This document shows, one piece after another, positions 10,628 to 20,570 of a stretch of DNA of 64,000 bases. Made by a program: the position numbers and the translations under genes. The notes beneath the pieces are model-generated. The model had not been told where the DNA came from. It did not search any database and was given only the letters and a program-made list of their open reading frames with translations. This stretch comes from Reclinomonas americana ATCC 50394 (lineage: Eukaryota): assembly GCA_048213135.1 (NCBI GenBank), contig PS015010.1, forward strand, positions 1,116,001 to 1,180,000. Reading direction: 5' to 3'. The stretch's first letter is position 1; each line of letters starts with the position of its first letter.

Positions 10628-11899
10628 GTGAAGACGATTGCACTTTTCGGCGCGGGAAAATCCGCCACGGTCCTTATCGATTATTTATCAGCTGTTGCAC
10701 AGGAACGCAACTGGAAATTCATTGTAGCCGACGCCAATAAAGAACAGGCGCTGGCCAAAACAAAAGGCGCTCCTGCTACCGAAGCAGTCGGACTGGATAT
10801 TACCGATGATGATGCAAGGGCCGCACTGGTGCAGCGTGCACACGTGGTCATTTCCATGATGCCCCCTGCCCTGCACTTTTTGGTGGCGAAGGACTGTGTG
10901 GAGTACCGCAAACATTTACTTACCGCTTCTTATCTCGACGATAAAATGCGCAGCCTGCGTGACGAGATCAACGACAGGAAATTATTATTCCTCTGCGAAA
11001 TGGGGCTTGACCCGGGTATCGATCACATGAGCGCCATGCAGATCATCGATGGTATCAGGAAAAAAGGCGGCAGCGTTACTTCTTTTAAAAGCCATTGCGG
11101 CGGACTGGTTGCGCCTGAAAGCGACAACAATCCCTGGCGGTACAAGATCAGCTGGAACCCGAGGAATATTGTGATGGCGGGCAGCGCCGGTGCCGATTAT
11201 AAAAAAGACAACCAGGTCATTCACACCGTTTACCGCGATCTTTTTGATGTAGCCAATACGGTTAAAGTTGAAGGATTGGATGAGCTGGCTTTCTACCCTA
11301 ACCGCGATTCACTGAGTTATATTCCAGTTTATAAATTACCGGAAGCGAAAACCTTTATCCGCACAACACTGCGCTACCCAGTTTTTTTCAGCGGGTGGAA
11401 CGCGATCGTTCACGCGGGGCTGACCAATGATAAAGACCCTTTACCTGCCGGCCTGAGTTTCCGGGAATGGTCGAAACCGGTTGAGCCGTTTATGACGGAT
11501 GCCAATAAAGCGCAACTGGAATACCTGGGTTTGTTTGATGAAAGTCCTGTGCCTGTAAAAGCGGTTACATCAGCAGATGTATTACAGCATCTTGCAGAAA
11601 CAAAACTCGCCATGCGTACTGATGATAAAGACATGATCGTAATGCTTCACGAATTTGAATATGAAACCGAAGGTGTAACTAAAAGCATCCAAAGTTCACT
11701 GGTGGTGGAAGGCGAAAACAACCTGCATACGGCTATGGCTAAAACGGTAGGTTTGCCTTTAGGAATAGCTGCCAAATTGATACTGGAAGATAAACTGTCC
11801 CTTACCGGTTTGCATATGCCTACTTCTCCCCTCGTGTATGAACCCGTGCTGGCCGAGCTGGCGCAACTGGGTGTGCTGTTTACCGAGACGGAAAGCTGA
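10628..11899 (+). CDS. Saccharopine dehydrogenase family protein
   Basis: Likely GTG start at 10628; GAGKSA Rossmann motif, EMGLDPGIDHMSAM, SHCGGL, YKISWNPRN, AMAKTVGLP. Confidence 0.9.
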   Translation: MKTIALFGAGKSATVLIDYLSAVAQERNWKFIVADANKEQALAKTKGAPATEAVGLDITDDDARAALVQRAHVVISMMPPALHFLVAKDCVEYRKHLLTASYLDDKMRSLRDEINDRKLLFLCEMGLDPGIDHMSAMQIIDGIRKKGGSVTSFKSHCGGLVAPESDNNPWRYKISWNPRNIVMAGSAGADYKKDNQVIHTVYRDLFDVANTVKVEGLDELAFYPNRDSLSYIPVYKLPEAKTFIRTTLRYPVFFSGWNAIVHAGLTNDKDPLPAGLSFREWSKPVEPFMTDANKAQLEYLGLFDESPVPVKAVTSADVLQHLAETKLAMRTDDKDMIVMLHEFEYETEGVTKSIQSSLVVEGENNLHTAMAKTVGLPLGIAAKLILEDKLSLTGLHMPTSPLVYEPVLAELAQLGVLFTETES

Positions 11900-11931
11900 T
11901 CTGTACCGGTATATTTTTTTCTGTAAACTGA

Positions 11932-12405
11932 TTATTGGTGAAAGATGCCTCTCTCCGCATCCAGCACTTCATTGCCCTGGTTGGCCACAACCAGTTTGCG
12001 GTACTCTTCCACTTTTATCCAGTACATGATCCAGCAGATCAACGCACCGATGGAGGCCAAGGTACCCAGGAAAGGGATGATACTGCAAAGGCTGAGGATA
12101 TTCTTGGTGAGCCCGATGTTATAGGCAGGCCTTTCCTCCTGTACAGGTACATTCAGTCTTTCAAACTCGGCTTTGAAGGAATCGGCGATCTTTGATACCA
12201 CTACAAATTGCCATATCCAGTTGAAAATCGGTATGAGGAGTAACCATACCTGCCCGGACGGCATTTTCCTGCACATAGGATCTACTGCATCAAGTGCTTT
12301 TTGCAGGTTGAGCAGGTAAAAAATGGAGATGACCAGGCCAACAACACCAATAATTAGCAGGAACACCAGGAAACCACCTTCGAAGAGAAAATCATAGTCA
12401 TTCAT
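11932..12405 (-). CDS. Hypothetical membrane protein (paralogue A)
   Basis: Three to four TM segments; shares AVDP..R.M..G.VWL.LIP.F...WQF.VV..IADS with 12914-13363. Confidence 0.75.
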   Translation of the reverse strand: MNDYDFLFEGGFLVFLLIIGVVGLVISIFYLLNLQKALDAVDPMCRKMPSGQVWLLLIPIFNWIWQFVVVSKIADSFKAEFERLNVPVQEERPAYNIGLTKNILSLCSIIPFLGTLASIGALICWIMYWIKVEEYRKLVVANQGNEVLDAERGIFHQ

Positions 12406-12586
12406 AAGCTGTAGTTAGGTTTGCAGATAAAAATAAGCTATGGTTTGTTACGGGCAAAAAAAACGTAATTGTATACTGCCTTAACCTTTGCTCACTAAGC
12501 CCTGATTGAGGGCTAAAGGATTCTATACTCTATTTTCCGCCAGTTGTTCACCAGATCGTCAGAAATTTGTTTGAAAATAATTTATA

Positions 12587-12913
12587 ATGAAAACAATAAG
12601 CAAAAACATCACCGCCAATGCAAGATTCGACATTGATGTTGACCTGGATTTTCAGAAAGGAACTTATACTATTGAATATAGACGCAGATGCTTGGCATTG
12701 ACAGATGAACTTAAGGTTAATCTATTACCGTTACTGCAAACCCGGCCTGATTTAGGGGACTGGGAAATTATATTCGAACAACTACCTGATGATGATCCTA
12801 AGTATAATGTCGAAATATATGCAGAGAGCCCTGATGCATTTAATGAAATAGTCTGGATAATAGAGAATGCAATTGACGCTAAGTTGGCGCCTAAATATAA
12901 AGGACTGGAGTAG
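12587..12913 (+). CDS. Hypothetical AT-rich acidic protein
   Basis: 108-aa ORF with AT-rich leader fills the gap between two minus-strand genes; no family recognised. Confidence 0.6.
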   Translation: MKTISKNITANARFDIDVDLDFQKGTYTIEYRRRCLALTDELKVNLLPLLQTRPDLGDWEIIFEQLPDDDPKYNVEIYAESPDAFNEIVWIIENAIDAKLAPKYKGLE

Positions 12914-13363
12914 TTACAACGACAGCATCTTCCTGTATTTCACCAGCTGCGACCAATAGGTGATCCAGAGAATTAATGCAAAGCTGAACGTAAGAAATCC
13001 CAAAAAAGGAATGCAGGTGATGAGGGAGAGGATGCAATACCATTGGCCCGTAGTATAAGTGGGATGTATGTTCACTTCATCTGTTATACCTTCTTCCCAG
13101 ATACCGAGTCCCGACGAATTGTTACGGGATTGTAATTCCTGGCGCAGGGAATCGGCGATGGCTTTAACCACCCGGAATTGCCACACCAACCCGAATAAAG
13201 GGATAAGTTGTAACCACACTTCTCCGGGTTTCATATGACGGTTAAGGGGGTCTACGGCCTTTAATGTGCGTTGCTGTTCGGCCACGAACAGGATAAAAAC
13301 GGCGAGCCAGATAAGGCCGATAATGACAATACTGAGCCATAAATTTTCGTACCAGCTTTCCAT
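12914..13363 (-). CDS. Hypothetical membrane protein (paralogue B)
   Basis: TM segments; clear motif similarity to 11932-12405. Confidence 0.75.
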   Translation of the reverse strand: MESWYENLWLSIVIIGLIWLAVFILFVAEQQRTLKAVDPLNRHMKPGEVWLQLIPLFGLVWQFRVVKAIADSLRQELQSRNNSSGLGIWEEGITDEVNIHPTYTTGQWYCILSLITCIPFLGFLTFSFALILWITYWSQLVKYRKMLSL

Positions 13364-13372
13364 ACTAATTTA

Positions 13373-14059
13373 TCAGGGAATTAATTTTTCCAGTAATTCA
13401 GCCACGCCCTCCGTGGCATTCTTTTCAATGAAATGCAGGTTGGTAACATGTTTTACAGAAGGGATCTTCCTGTCGATAATGTATTTGGCGGTATCTTCAG
13501 GAACCATATCGATCAGTCCTGCTGCAGGATATACCTGTAATGAGGAACCCACCAGTACAAAAATATCAGCCCCGCTCATGACGAGTGCTGCTTCTCCAAT
13601 CAGCGGAACGGGCTCTTCAAACCAAACAATATGCGGACGAAGTTGTGCGCCGTCGGCGGCCGTATCGCCCAGGTTGATGTCGTCCCGTATTTCATAAATA
13701 CTGTGTTCATCGGCTACGCTCCGCATCCTGAATATTTCGCCGTGCAGGTGCATCACATTCGTTGAACCCGCTCTTTCATGCAGGTCGTCAATATTCTGTG
13801 TAATGATGCTGACATGATAATGCTTTTCCAGTTCTGCCAACCCGGTATGCGCCGCGTTGGGCTGAGCGGCAGCCACATCCTTTCTGCGCTGGTTATAAAA
13901 ATCGAGTACGAGTTGCGGGTTACGGGCAAAGGCCCTGGGGGTGGCCACATCTTCAATGTTGTATCCCATCCACAGGCCGTCGTGATCACGGAAAGTTTTG
14001 AGGCCGCTTTCCGCGCTGATGCCCGCGCCAGTAAGTACAACGATGTGTTTTTTGTCCAT
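13373..14059 (-). CDS. cobB: NAD-dependent protein deacylase (sirtuin, CobB-type)
   Basis: GAGISAESGLKTFR, TQNIDDLHERAG, HLHGE, LRPHIVWF, VGSSLQVYPAAG. Confidence 0.92.
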   Translation of the reverse strand: MDKKHIVVLTGAGISAESGLKTFRDHDGLWMGYNIEDVATPRAFARNPQLVLDFYNQRRKDVAAAQPNAAHTGLAELEKHYHVSIITQNIDDLHERAGSTNVMHLHGEIFRMRSVADEHSIYEIRDDINLGDTAADGAQLRPHIVWFEEPVPLIGEAALVMSGADIFVLVGSSLQVYPAAGLIDMVPEDTAKYIIDRKIPSVKHVTNLHFIEKNATEGVAELLEKLIP

Positions 14060-14078
14060 GAACCGAAGGTAGGCATCA

Positions 14079-14154
14079 ATTACTAATTAAGAAATTACTA
14101 ATTTAATCGCCTTCCTGTACACTGGCTTTAATTAGTAATTTCTTAATTAGTAAT
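14079..14154. repeat. Perfect 25-bp AT-rich inverted repeat built from heptamers
   Basis: ATTACTAATTAAGAAATTACTAATT (14079-14103) is the exact reverse complement of 14130-14154; 26-nt spacer. Confidence 0.9.
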
Positions 14155-14167
14155 CGGTAATTCAGCA

Positions 14168-15760
14168 TTAATTAGCCAGGTTCTTCGCAGACTTCACCAG
14201 GCTGATGAATTCTGCCCTGTAGCCGAAGGGGTCTTCTCCTATGGCAGAGTTGGCCAGGGAAAGTACTTTGGCGTAAGTGGTGTTTTGCTTGTATTCCGAA
14301 TTGCGCAACAGCATACCAAAACCGGCCACCGCCGCGGAAAAGCGGAAATTATCGGAACTGTTTTCCAGTTTTTCCATATCACTGCTAACAGTCCGGGCAA
14401 TGAGTTTGCTCGTATTGCCTTCCGGAGTTTTGTAACGGATCTTAATGTTCATCAGTTCATTATTGGACGAAGGCATGGGTTCTGAAGGGCGCTGGTATTT
14501 GAGATCATCTACACGAACGGTGAAAGAGTCCTTCACACCCACTGGTATGATCTCGTACAGGGCGGTAACGGTATGCCCCGCTCCTATTTCCCCTGCATCT
14601 TTTTTATCGTCGTTGAAGTCTTGCTGCTGCAGCATACGGTTCTCGTAACCAATAAGGCGGTAAGCGTGTACTTTGGCCGGGTTAAACTCTACCTGCAATT
14701 TTACATCTTTAGCGATGGTGAACAGCGTGCTGCTGAATTCATTCACCAGTATTTTCTGTGCTTCATTAATGTTGTCGATGTAAGCGTGGTTGCCATTGCC
14801 TTTATCGGCCAGCTGCTGCATTTTATTGTCTTTGTAATTGCCCATACCAAAGCCCAGTACGGTGAGGAAGATATTGCTTTTCCTTTCTTTTTCCACCAGT
14901 GTTACCAGTTCATCGTCGCTGCTGGGGCCTACATTGAAATCGCCGTCGGTAGCCAGTATCACCCTGTTGTTGCCACCGGGGATAAAACTCTTCCTGGCGG
15001 TTTCATATGCCAGCTGTATACCTGCTGCACCGGCGGTAGACCCACCGGCTTCCAGGTTGTCGATGGCTTCAATGATGGTGGTTTTATCAGAGCCACGTGT
15101 GGAAGGCAGCACCAGTCCGGCAGCGCCGGCATATACCACTAGCGCCACCCTGTCTTCGGAACGCAGTTGTTTGGTGAGCATGCGCAACGATTTTTTCAGC
15201 AGCGGCAGTTTGTTGGCGTCCGACATGGAACCCGACACATCTACCAGGAAAACAATATTGGAAGCGGGTAGTTTTTCTTTGCTGATCTCCTTTCCTTTAA
15301 TACCAATGTGTACCAGGCGATGCTGCTCATTCCAGGGGCAGGCACCCGTTTCGGTAGTAACGGCGAAAGGATCGTCATTCTGCGGTGTTGCATAATTGTA
15401 GTCAAAATAATTGATCATTTCCTCTACACGTACAGCACCTGCGGGCGGAAGGCTGCCATCCTGTATAAAACGGCGGACATTGCTGTAAGCGGCATCGTCC
15501 ACATCAATGGAAAAAGTGGATAAGGGCTGTTCTTTGGCTTTAAGAAAACTGTTCTCAACAATGTGATCGTAGTCTTCAGTATTGGAAGCGGTTTGTTGTT
15601 CGCCGGGCAATGCAGAGTCGGTCATTGCCGGGGGACTCGATTTAATGGGGTCGGGACTGATCTCGTAGCGGCCGGATTTGCCTGCATCGGGATTATTGTT
15701 GCATGAGATCATCAGCAGGAGCAATAAGGCTGCTCCCGGTAAGGGTTTGAACAGTAACAT
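14168..15760 (-). CDS. YfbK-like vWA-domain lipoprotein (vWF_A + DUF3520)
   Basis: Lipobox MISC; PLSTFSIDVD, VRVEEMINYF, DVSGSM, LATDGDFNVG, YRLIGYENR, DAGEIGAGHTVTALYE. Confidence 0.9.
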   Translation of the reverse strand: MLLFKPLPGAALLLLLMISCNNNPDAGKSGRYEISPDPIKSSPPAMTDSALPGEQQTASNTEDYDHIVENSFLKAKEQPLSTFSIDVDDAAYSNVRRFIQDGSLPPAGAVRVEEMINYFDYNYATPQNDDPFAVTTETGACPWNEQHRLVHIGIKGKEISKEKLPASNIVFLVDVSGSMSDANKLPLLKKSLRMLTKQLRSEDRVALVVYAGAAGLVLPSTRGSDKTTIIEAIDNLEAGGSTAGAAGIQLAYETARKSFIPGGNNRVILATDGDFNVGPSSDDELVTLVEKERKSNIFLTVLGFGMGNYKDNKMQQLADKGNGNHAYIDNINEAQKILVNEFSSTLFTIAKDVKLQVEFNPAKVHAYRLIGYENRMLQQQDFNDDKKDAGEIGAGHTVTALYEIIPVGVKDSFTVRVDDLKYQRPSEPMPSSNNELMNIKIRYKTPEGNTSKLIARTVSSDMEKLENSSDNFRFSAAVAGFGMLLRNSEYKQNTTYAKVLSLANSAIGEDPFGYRAEFISLVKSAKNLAN

Positions 15761-15858
15761 ACAATTGATTTAAGTGTTATGGATAAGATACGGATGCATC
15801 CATTATTCCATAATACCACTGCTGCAATTATGTAACCCAAAGAATTTGTTAAACAGGA

Positions 15859-16272
15859 TCATTTTTTTTCTCCGGCCATTTCCATGATCCATTCCCATTC
15901 GTCGTCTTTAACGGTTTGAACGGAAAGGCGGCCCAGGCGAACGAGGTCCATATTGGCGAAGCGTTTGTCTTTTTTGATCTCGTCGAGTGTAACGGGTTTC
16001 TTCAGTTTGCGAACGGGTTTGAGATCAACCACCAGCCATGCGGGGTCTTCGGTAGTGGGGTCCTGGTAAGCTTCTTTAGCTACTTTGGCGATGCCCACAA
16101 TCTCAACGCCTTCATTGCTGTGGTAAAAAAATACGAGTTCTCCTTTTTTCATCGCCCGCAGGTTATTGCGTGCCGCATAGTTGCGTACACCATCCCAGAA
16201 AGTCTGTTTGTCTTTCAATAACTGATCAAAACTGTATTTGAAAGGTTCGGATTTTACTAGCCAGTATGCCAT
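15859..16272 (-). CDS. EVE-domain protein
   Basis: YWLVKSEP, WDGVRNYAARN, FFYHS, RLSVQ. Confidence 0.92.
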   Translation of the reverse strand: MAYWLVKSEPFKYSFDQLLKDKQTFWDGVRNYAARNNLRAMKKGELVFFYHSNEGVEIVGIAKVAKEAYQDPTTEDPAWLVVDLKPVRKLKKPVTLDEIKKDKRFANMDLVRLGRLSVQTVKDDEWEWIMEMAGEKK

Positions 16273-16444
16273 GTCCGGTATTGTTTAAGTGATTTGAGTT
16301 GTTTGATCATCAAAAATAAAAAGAAGCCGCAAGAAAACGGGATGAAAAAAAATCCTGTTAAAAAAATCCAAAAGGATTAATGCCTCGTAACTGATTATGA
16401 CGGCCTGCAGCCTGAAATATTCCTCATCATTTAAAAAGACTCCA

Positions 16445-17110
16445 ATGAAACGTAAACAACTATGGGTTGGCGCTATCGTTTTGTCTGTACTCATCACAGG
16501 CGGAATACTGTTCGCAGCCGATCACATCGATTCACCCGCGGTAACCGGCCAGTCCACCGACATTACCGATGTATATGTCTTCCGCGGCCAGGATCCCAAT
16601 AATCTCGTATTTGTGGCCAACACACAGGGCTTGCTGAGCCCGGGTTCTACCGGCGCTGCCAAATTCGACGCCAATACGCTGATTGAACTGAACATTGACA
16701 ATACCGGCGATAACGTGGAAGACCTTGTTATACAATGCAAGTACGACGCGGCATCCAACAAAATGCAGGTATACGGTCCCATTGCCCCATCTGAAAAAGG
16801 CAAGAGAAGCCAGCTGGAAGGCAGCGTTACCGCCGAAGCCGTGGTTACCGCTTATGGCGCGGGCTCCCCTACTATTGGTACAGGAACCAGCGGCATCAAA
16901 GTGTTTGCCGGTCCACGGGACGATCCTTTCTTCTTCGATCTTAACCAGTACAAAAAGATCATCGCCGGCACGGCCACTGGTTTCAATAACCCCGGTACAG
17001 ACGCTTTCGCTGGCACCAATGTAATGAGTATTGTGGTGGAAGTGCCCAAGACCATGCTGGGCAGTTCATCAACCATCAATGTATGGTGCGAAACCAAGAA
17101 GAAAATATAA
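16445..17110 (+). CDS. DUF4331-family secreted protein
   Basis: Signal peptide then ADHIDSP; DITDVYVF; FAGPRDDPFFFD; GTNVMSIVVEVP. Confidence 0.8.
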   Translation: MKRKQLWVGAIVLSVLITGGILFAADHIDSPAVTGQSTDITDVYVFRGQDPNNLVFVANTQGLLSPGSTGAAKFDANTLIELNIDNTGDNVEDLVIQCKYDAASNKMQVYGPIAPSEKGKRSQLEGSVTAEAVVTAYGAGSPTIGTGTSGIKVFAGPRDDPFFFDLNQYKKIIAGTATGFNNPGTDAFAGTNVMSIVVEVPKTMLGSSSTINVWCETKKKI

Positions 17111-17140
17111 TCCATTACTTCAACCAATAAACGATAACAA

Positions 17141-17668
17141 ATGAAATCGACAATAAAATTGCTCGGGCTCCTGATAAGCGGCGGTATCCTCATCAGTTCC
17201 TGTAATAAGGATGATGATATGGTGGCCGACCCGGTATATTACCAGCAGCAGGACCAGATGGCCCGCCCCGCTATCAATACCGTATTTGTTGGCACTGCCG
17301 ATAAAGATGTATTCAATACCACTACCCCATCAACCATGGGTGCAGCTTTCCAGGCCAAATTCAAAACACAGTTGCTGGCGCTGAACCCGGGGTATACTAC
17401 CAATGCATTGGGGCAGACTGCCGACCAACTGACCACCCTGCTCGCCACTGATGTACTGGGTGTATCCAAAACAGGTGTAACTACTTTTTTTGACGGTACC
17501 AATGTGCTCACCGGAAGGGCCCTTGCCGATGATGTGATAGATGTGGAATTGTTGCTGCTGTTTGGCGGCCCCGCAGGAACATCCAACCCCACTTTAACCA
17601 GTGATCATGTAAATGCGAACGATAAAGCATTCTCTGCATCTTTTCCCTATCTCGCCAGTCCATGGTGA
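17141..17668 (+). CDS. DUF4331-family lipoprotein (C-terminal-half type)
   Basis: Lipobox ISSC; QDQMARPAINTV, LTGRALADDVID, FPYLASP. Confidence 0.8.
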   Translation: MKSTIKLLGLLISGGILISSCNKDDDMVADPVYYQQQDQMARPAINTVFVGTADKDVFNTTTPSTMGAAFQAKFKTQLLALNPGYTTNALGQTADQLTTLLATDVLGVSKTGVTTFFDGTNVLTGRALADDVIDVELLLLFGGPAGTSNPTLTSDHVNANDKAFSASFPYLASPW

Positions 17669-17686
17669 TTTTTCCAGAGTGTATAC

Positions 17687-17716
17687 AAAGGGTGGAACAC
17701 GGTTTCACCCTTTTTT
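17687..17716 (+). terminator. Intrinsic terminator after the DUF4331 pair
   Basis: AAAGGGTGGAAC/GTTTCACCCTTT stem followed by a T-run. Confidence 0.7.
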
Positions 17717-17820
17717 ATTCAATCCGGTGCCTATTTAAAACTAATTGTTTCAACCGTTCGTATATTAAACAAGAGCATTTTCTTTATTAATTCTTATCAT
17801 TACAGCACCATTGAACTGAT

Positions 17821-18180
17821 ATGCCAAAGGGAATACTTTACATATTGCTTTTTGCCTACAGCATTTCCCTGCTGCGGCCGGTACTGCCTTATGTGAGTGA
17901 CCTGGCTGCGCATGTGTTCTGGTATAGTAAACATATGGCCACCGTGCATTATGAGAATGGGAAATTCCATATTCATAAAGACCTCTCCGCCGCAGCTGAC
18001 AACGACGCTCCCGGGAAAAACTTACCCGCCTCCAAAAAAACAGATAACGGCGCCGAACACATCCTCTTCACATCAACCCGATTGATTCTTCCAATAACGG
18101 TTGATTTGTATGCCGACAACTCTACCCCCGATATTATTTTTATTCCACACAATATTGAACTGCCCCCTCCCCGCGCCTGA
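17821..18180 (+). CDS. Small His-containing membrane-anchored protein ending in PPPRA; possible leader/regulatory ORF of the TonB receptor
   Basis: N-terminal hydrophobic helix, HMATVHYENGKFHIH, C-terminal IELPPPRA; lies just upstream of the TBDR. Confidence 0.65.
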   Translation: MPKGILYILLFAYSISLLRPVLPYVSDLAAHVFWYSKHMATVHYENGKFHIHKDLSAAADNDAPGKNLPASKKTDNGAEHILFTSTRLILPITVDLYADNSTPDIIFIPHNIELPPPRA

Positions 18181-18324
18181 TCCCTGTTTCTAATGATGTC
18201 ATTTATTATGTAATGTTTCTTGCATTGCAGTAAACCTATGCTTTATTGTTTGAGCAAACTTTACCTGTAGCGGTTATGCCGTTAACGGGTACTGCTCCTG
18301 TATTTTAACTTAACCCTCATTTAA

Positions 18325-20562
18325 ATGAAATTGATTCGTATACATATATTATTCCTGATGGTGCTGCTCGCCAATGCCGGGCATGCGCAAACCATAGTGC
18401 GGGGTACCGTGGTGGATGCCGTGAGCCGACAGCCACTGGAAAGCGCTACAGTGATCGCCGGCGACTCTTCCGGTAATATGACCATTACCGATCAGTCGGG
18501 TAATTTTTCCATTCGCCTTGCGGGCTCTGCTAACCGTATCATTGTATCCTCGCTGGGGTATAGTATTGCTGAGTTAACAGCACCGGCCAAAGGTAACCTC
18601 AGGGTAAGCCTGCAACCCACTGCCCTTAATATGAAAGATGTGGTGGTGCTGGGCAGCAGCCATATTTCCAAATTCAGTACGCTGAGCAAGATTGACCTGG
18701 ATCTTAAACCCGTACGTAACACACAGCAACTGCTGAGCCTGGTGCCGGGACTTTTCATTGCCCAGCATGCGGGTGGCGGTAAAGCCGAGCAGATCTTCCT
18801 CCGCGGGTTTGACTGCGACCATGGTACCGATGTGCAGGTGAGCATTGACGGTATGCCGGTGAACATGGTGAGTCATGCACACGGGCAGGGTTATGCCGAT
18901 GCGCATTTCATCATCCCCGAAACCATCAACAATATCGATTTTGGCGCAGGTCCTTATTACACAGCGCATGGTAACCTTAACACTGCAGGTTATGTGTCTT
19001 TTGCCACTTTCAAGTCCATTCCCAGGAGTACCATACAGCTGGAAGCCGGCCGTTTCAATTCTTTTCGTACACTGGCCATGATCGACCTGCTGAAAAAGAA
19101 CAAAGACAGGCAGAGCGCTTATGTAGCCGCTGATTTCAGTTATACCGACGGGCCAACCATCAGTGAGCAAAGGTTCAAACGGCTGAACCTGTTTGGCAAA
19201 TACAATTTTTCTTTTTCTGACCGTACCCAACTGTCGGCATCGGTATCTTCCTTTACCAGCCGCTGGGATGCATCCGGGCAGGTGCCCGACCGTGCCGTGG
19301 AAAGCGGGCTCATTGGCCGTTTCGGTTCCATTGACCCAACAGAAGGCGGCAACACGGAAAGGCATAATGTGAACCTTACCGTGAGTCACCGATTTCATAA
19401 AGGCGCCAGCTGGGATAACCAGGCCTGGTACAGCCGTTACCGGTTCAACCTGTATTCCAACTTTACTTTCTTCGCCAATGATCCTGTAAATGGCGATGGC
19501 ATTAACCAGGCAGAAGGGCGCAACCTTTTCGGTTACCTGTCAACACTGAAGCAGCAGTACTATTTTAACCGCGTACGCCTGAATTCCACTTATGCCGCGG
19601 GTTTCCGCTATGATGCCACACGCGACAGCCGCCTGTCGCACCAGGTAAAACGTGTAGTGACCGATGATGTAAAGCTGGGTGATATCAATGAGGCTAACCT
19701 GTTCGCCTATACGCAGCAGCAGGTCAGCGTGGGTAAATTTGTGTTCGATGCCGGTGTTCGTCTTGATCATTTCAACTTCCGTTATTACGATAAGTTGTCG
19801 GCAACGCAACTGCCATCACAGAGCAAGACCATCGTCAGCCCCAAACTGAATATCCAATTTACACTGAACAAGCAGGTGCAATTCTTTGTAAAAACAGGCA
19901 AAGGTTTTCATTCCAACGACACCCGTGTGGTGGTGGAAAATGCCGGTAAAGAAATATTGCCTGCTGCTTATGGCGCCGATCTCGGGTTTATTGTAAAACC
20001 CGCGAAGAACCTGCTTGTTACTGTAGCCGCATGGTACCTGCACCTTGACCAGGAATTTGTATATGTAGGTGACGAAGGTGTGGTGGAACCCAGTGGCAAA
20101 AGCAGGCGCCAGGGTATTGATGTGATCGCCCGTTACCAGCTGAACGATCATATTTTTGCCAATGTGAACCTCAACTTCACACGGCCCAGGGCTATCGGCG
20201 AACCGAAGGGGGCCGATTACATTCCGCTGGCCCCCACCCTTACCAGTGTAGGCGGGCTGTATTATAAAGCGACCAAAGGTTTTAATGGCGGGCTCAGCTA
20301 TCGCTATATCAAAGACCGGCCGGCCAACGAGGACAACACCATAAGGGCGAAAGGTTATTTTGTGATGGACGCGGCACTAAATTATACCAGGCCGAAATAT
20401 GAAGCGGGCATTGCCGTAGAGAACCTGTTCAACGTTAAATGGAATGAGGCGCAGTTCGCTACCGAATCCCGCCTGCAGGGCGAACCGGGTAATGTGACGG
20501 AACTGCATTATACACCGGGGACACCATTTTTCTTTAGGGTGAAACTGGCTTATTTCTTTTAA
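18325..20562 (+). CDS. TonB-dependent receptor (His-rich plug, putative metal uptake)
   Basis: Carboxypeptidase-like N-terminal extension; plug QHAGGGKAEQIFLRGFDCDHGTD...NMVSHAHGQGYAD; ENLFN; terminal aromatic residues YFF. Confidence 0.9.
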   Translation: MKLIRIHILFLMVLLANAGHAQTIVRGTVVDAVSRQPLESATVIAGDSSGNMTITDQSGNFSIRLAGSANRIIVSSLGYSIAELTAPAKGNLRVSLQPTALNMKDVVVLGSSHISKFSTLSKIDLDLKPVRNTQQLLSLVPGLFIAQHAGGGKAEQIFLRGFDCDHGTDVQVSIDGMPVNMVSHAHGQGYADAHFIIPETINNIDFGAGPYYTAHGNLNTAGYVSFATFKSIPRSTIQLEAGRFNSFRTLAMIDLLKKNKDRQSAYVAADFSYTDGPTISEQRFKRLNLFGKYNFSFSDRTQLSASVSSFTSRWDASGQVPDRAVESGLIGRFGSIDPTEGGNTERHNVNLTVSHRFHKGASWDNQAWYSRYRFNLYSNFTFFANDPVNGDGINQAEGRNLFGYLSTLKQQYYFNRVRLNSTYAAGFRYDATRDSRLSHQVKRVVTDDVKLGDINEANLFAYTQQQVSVGKFVFDAGVRLDHFNFRYYDKLSATQLPSQSKTIVSPKLNIQFTLNKQVQFFVKTGKGFHSNDTRVVVENAGKEILPAAYGADLGFIVKPAKNLLVTVAAWYLHLDQEFVYVGDEGVVEPSGKSRRQGIDVIARYQLNDHIFANVNLNFTRPRAIGEPKGADYIPLAPTLTSVGGLYYKATKGFNGGLSYRYIKDRPANEDNTIRAKGYFVMDAALNYTRPKYEAGIAVENLFNVKWNEAQFATESRLQGEPGNVTELHYTPGTPFFFRVKLAYFF

Positions 20563-20570
20563 ATTTATCA

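Noticed and set aside
13373-16272. Sirtuin + vWA + EVE as an anti-phage system
   Set aside because: The sirtuin is a standard CobB-type deacylase, the vWA protein is a YfbK-like lipoprotein with its own promoter-like motif, and EVE is stand-alone with no effector domain
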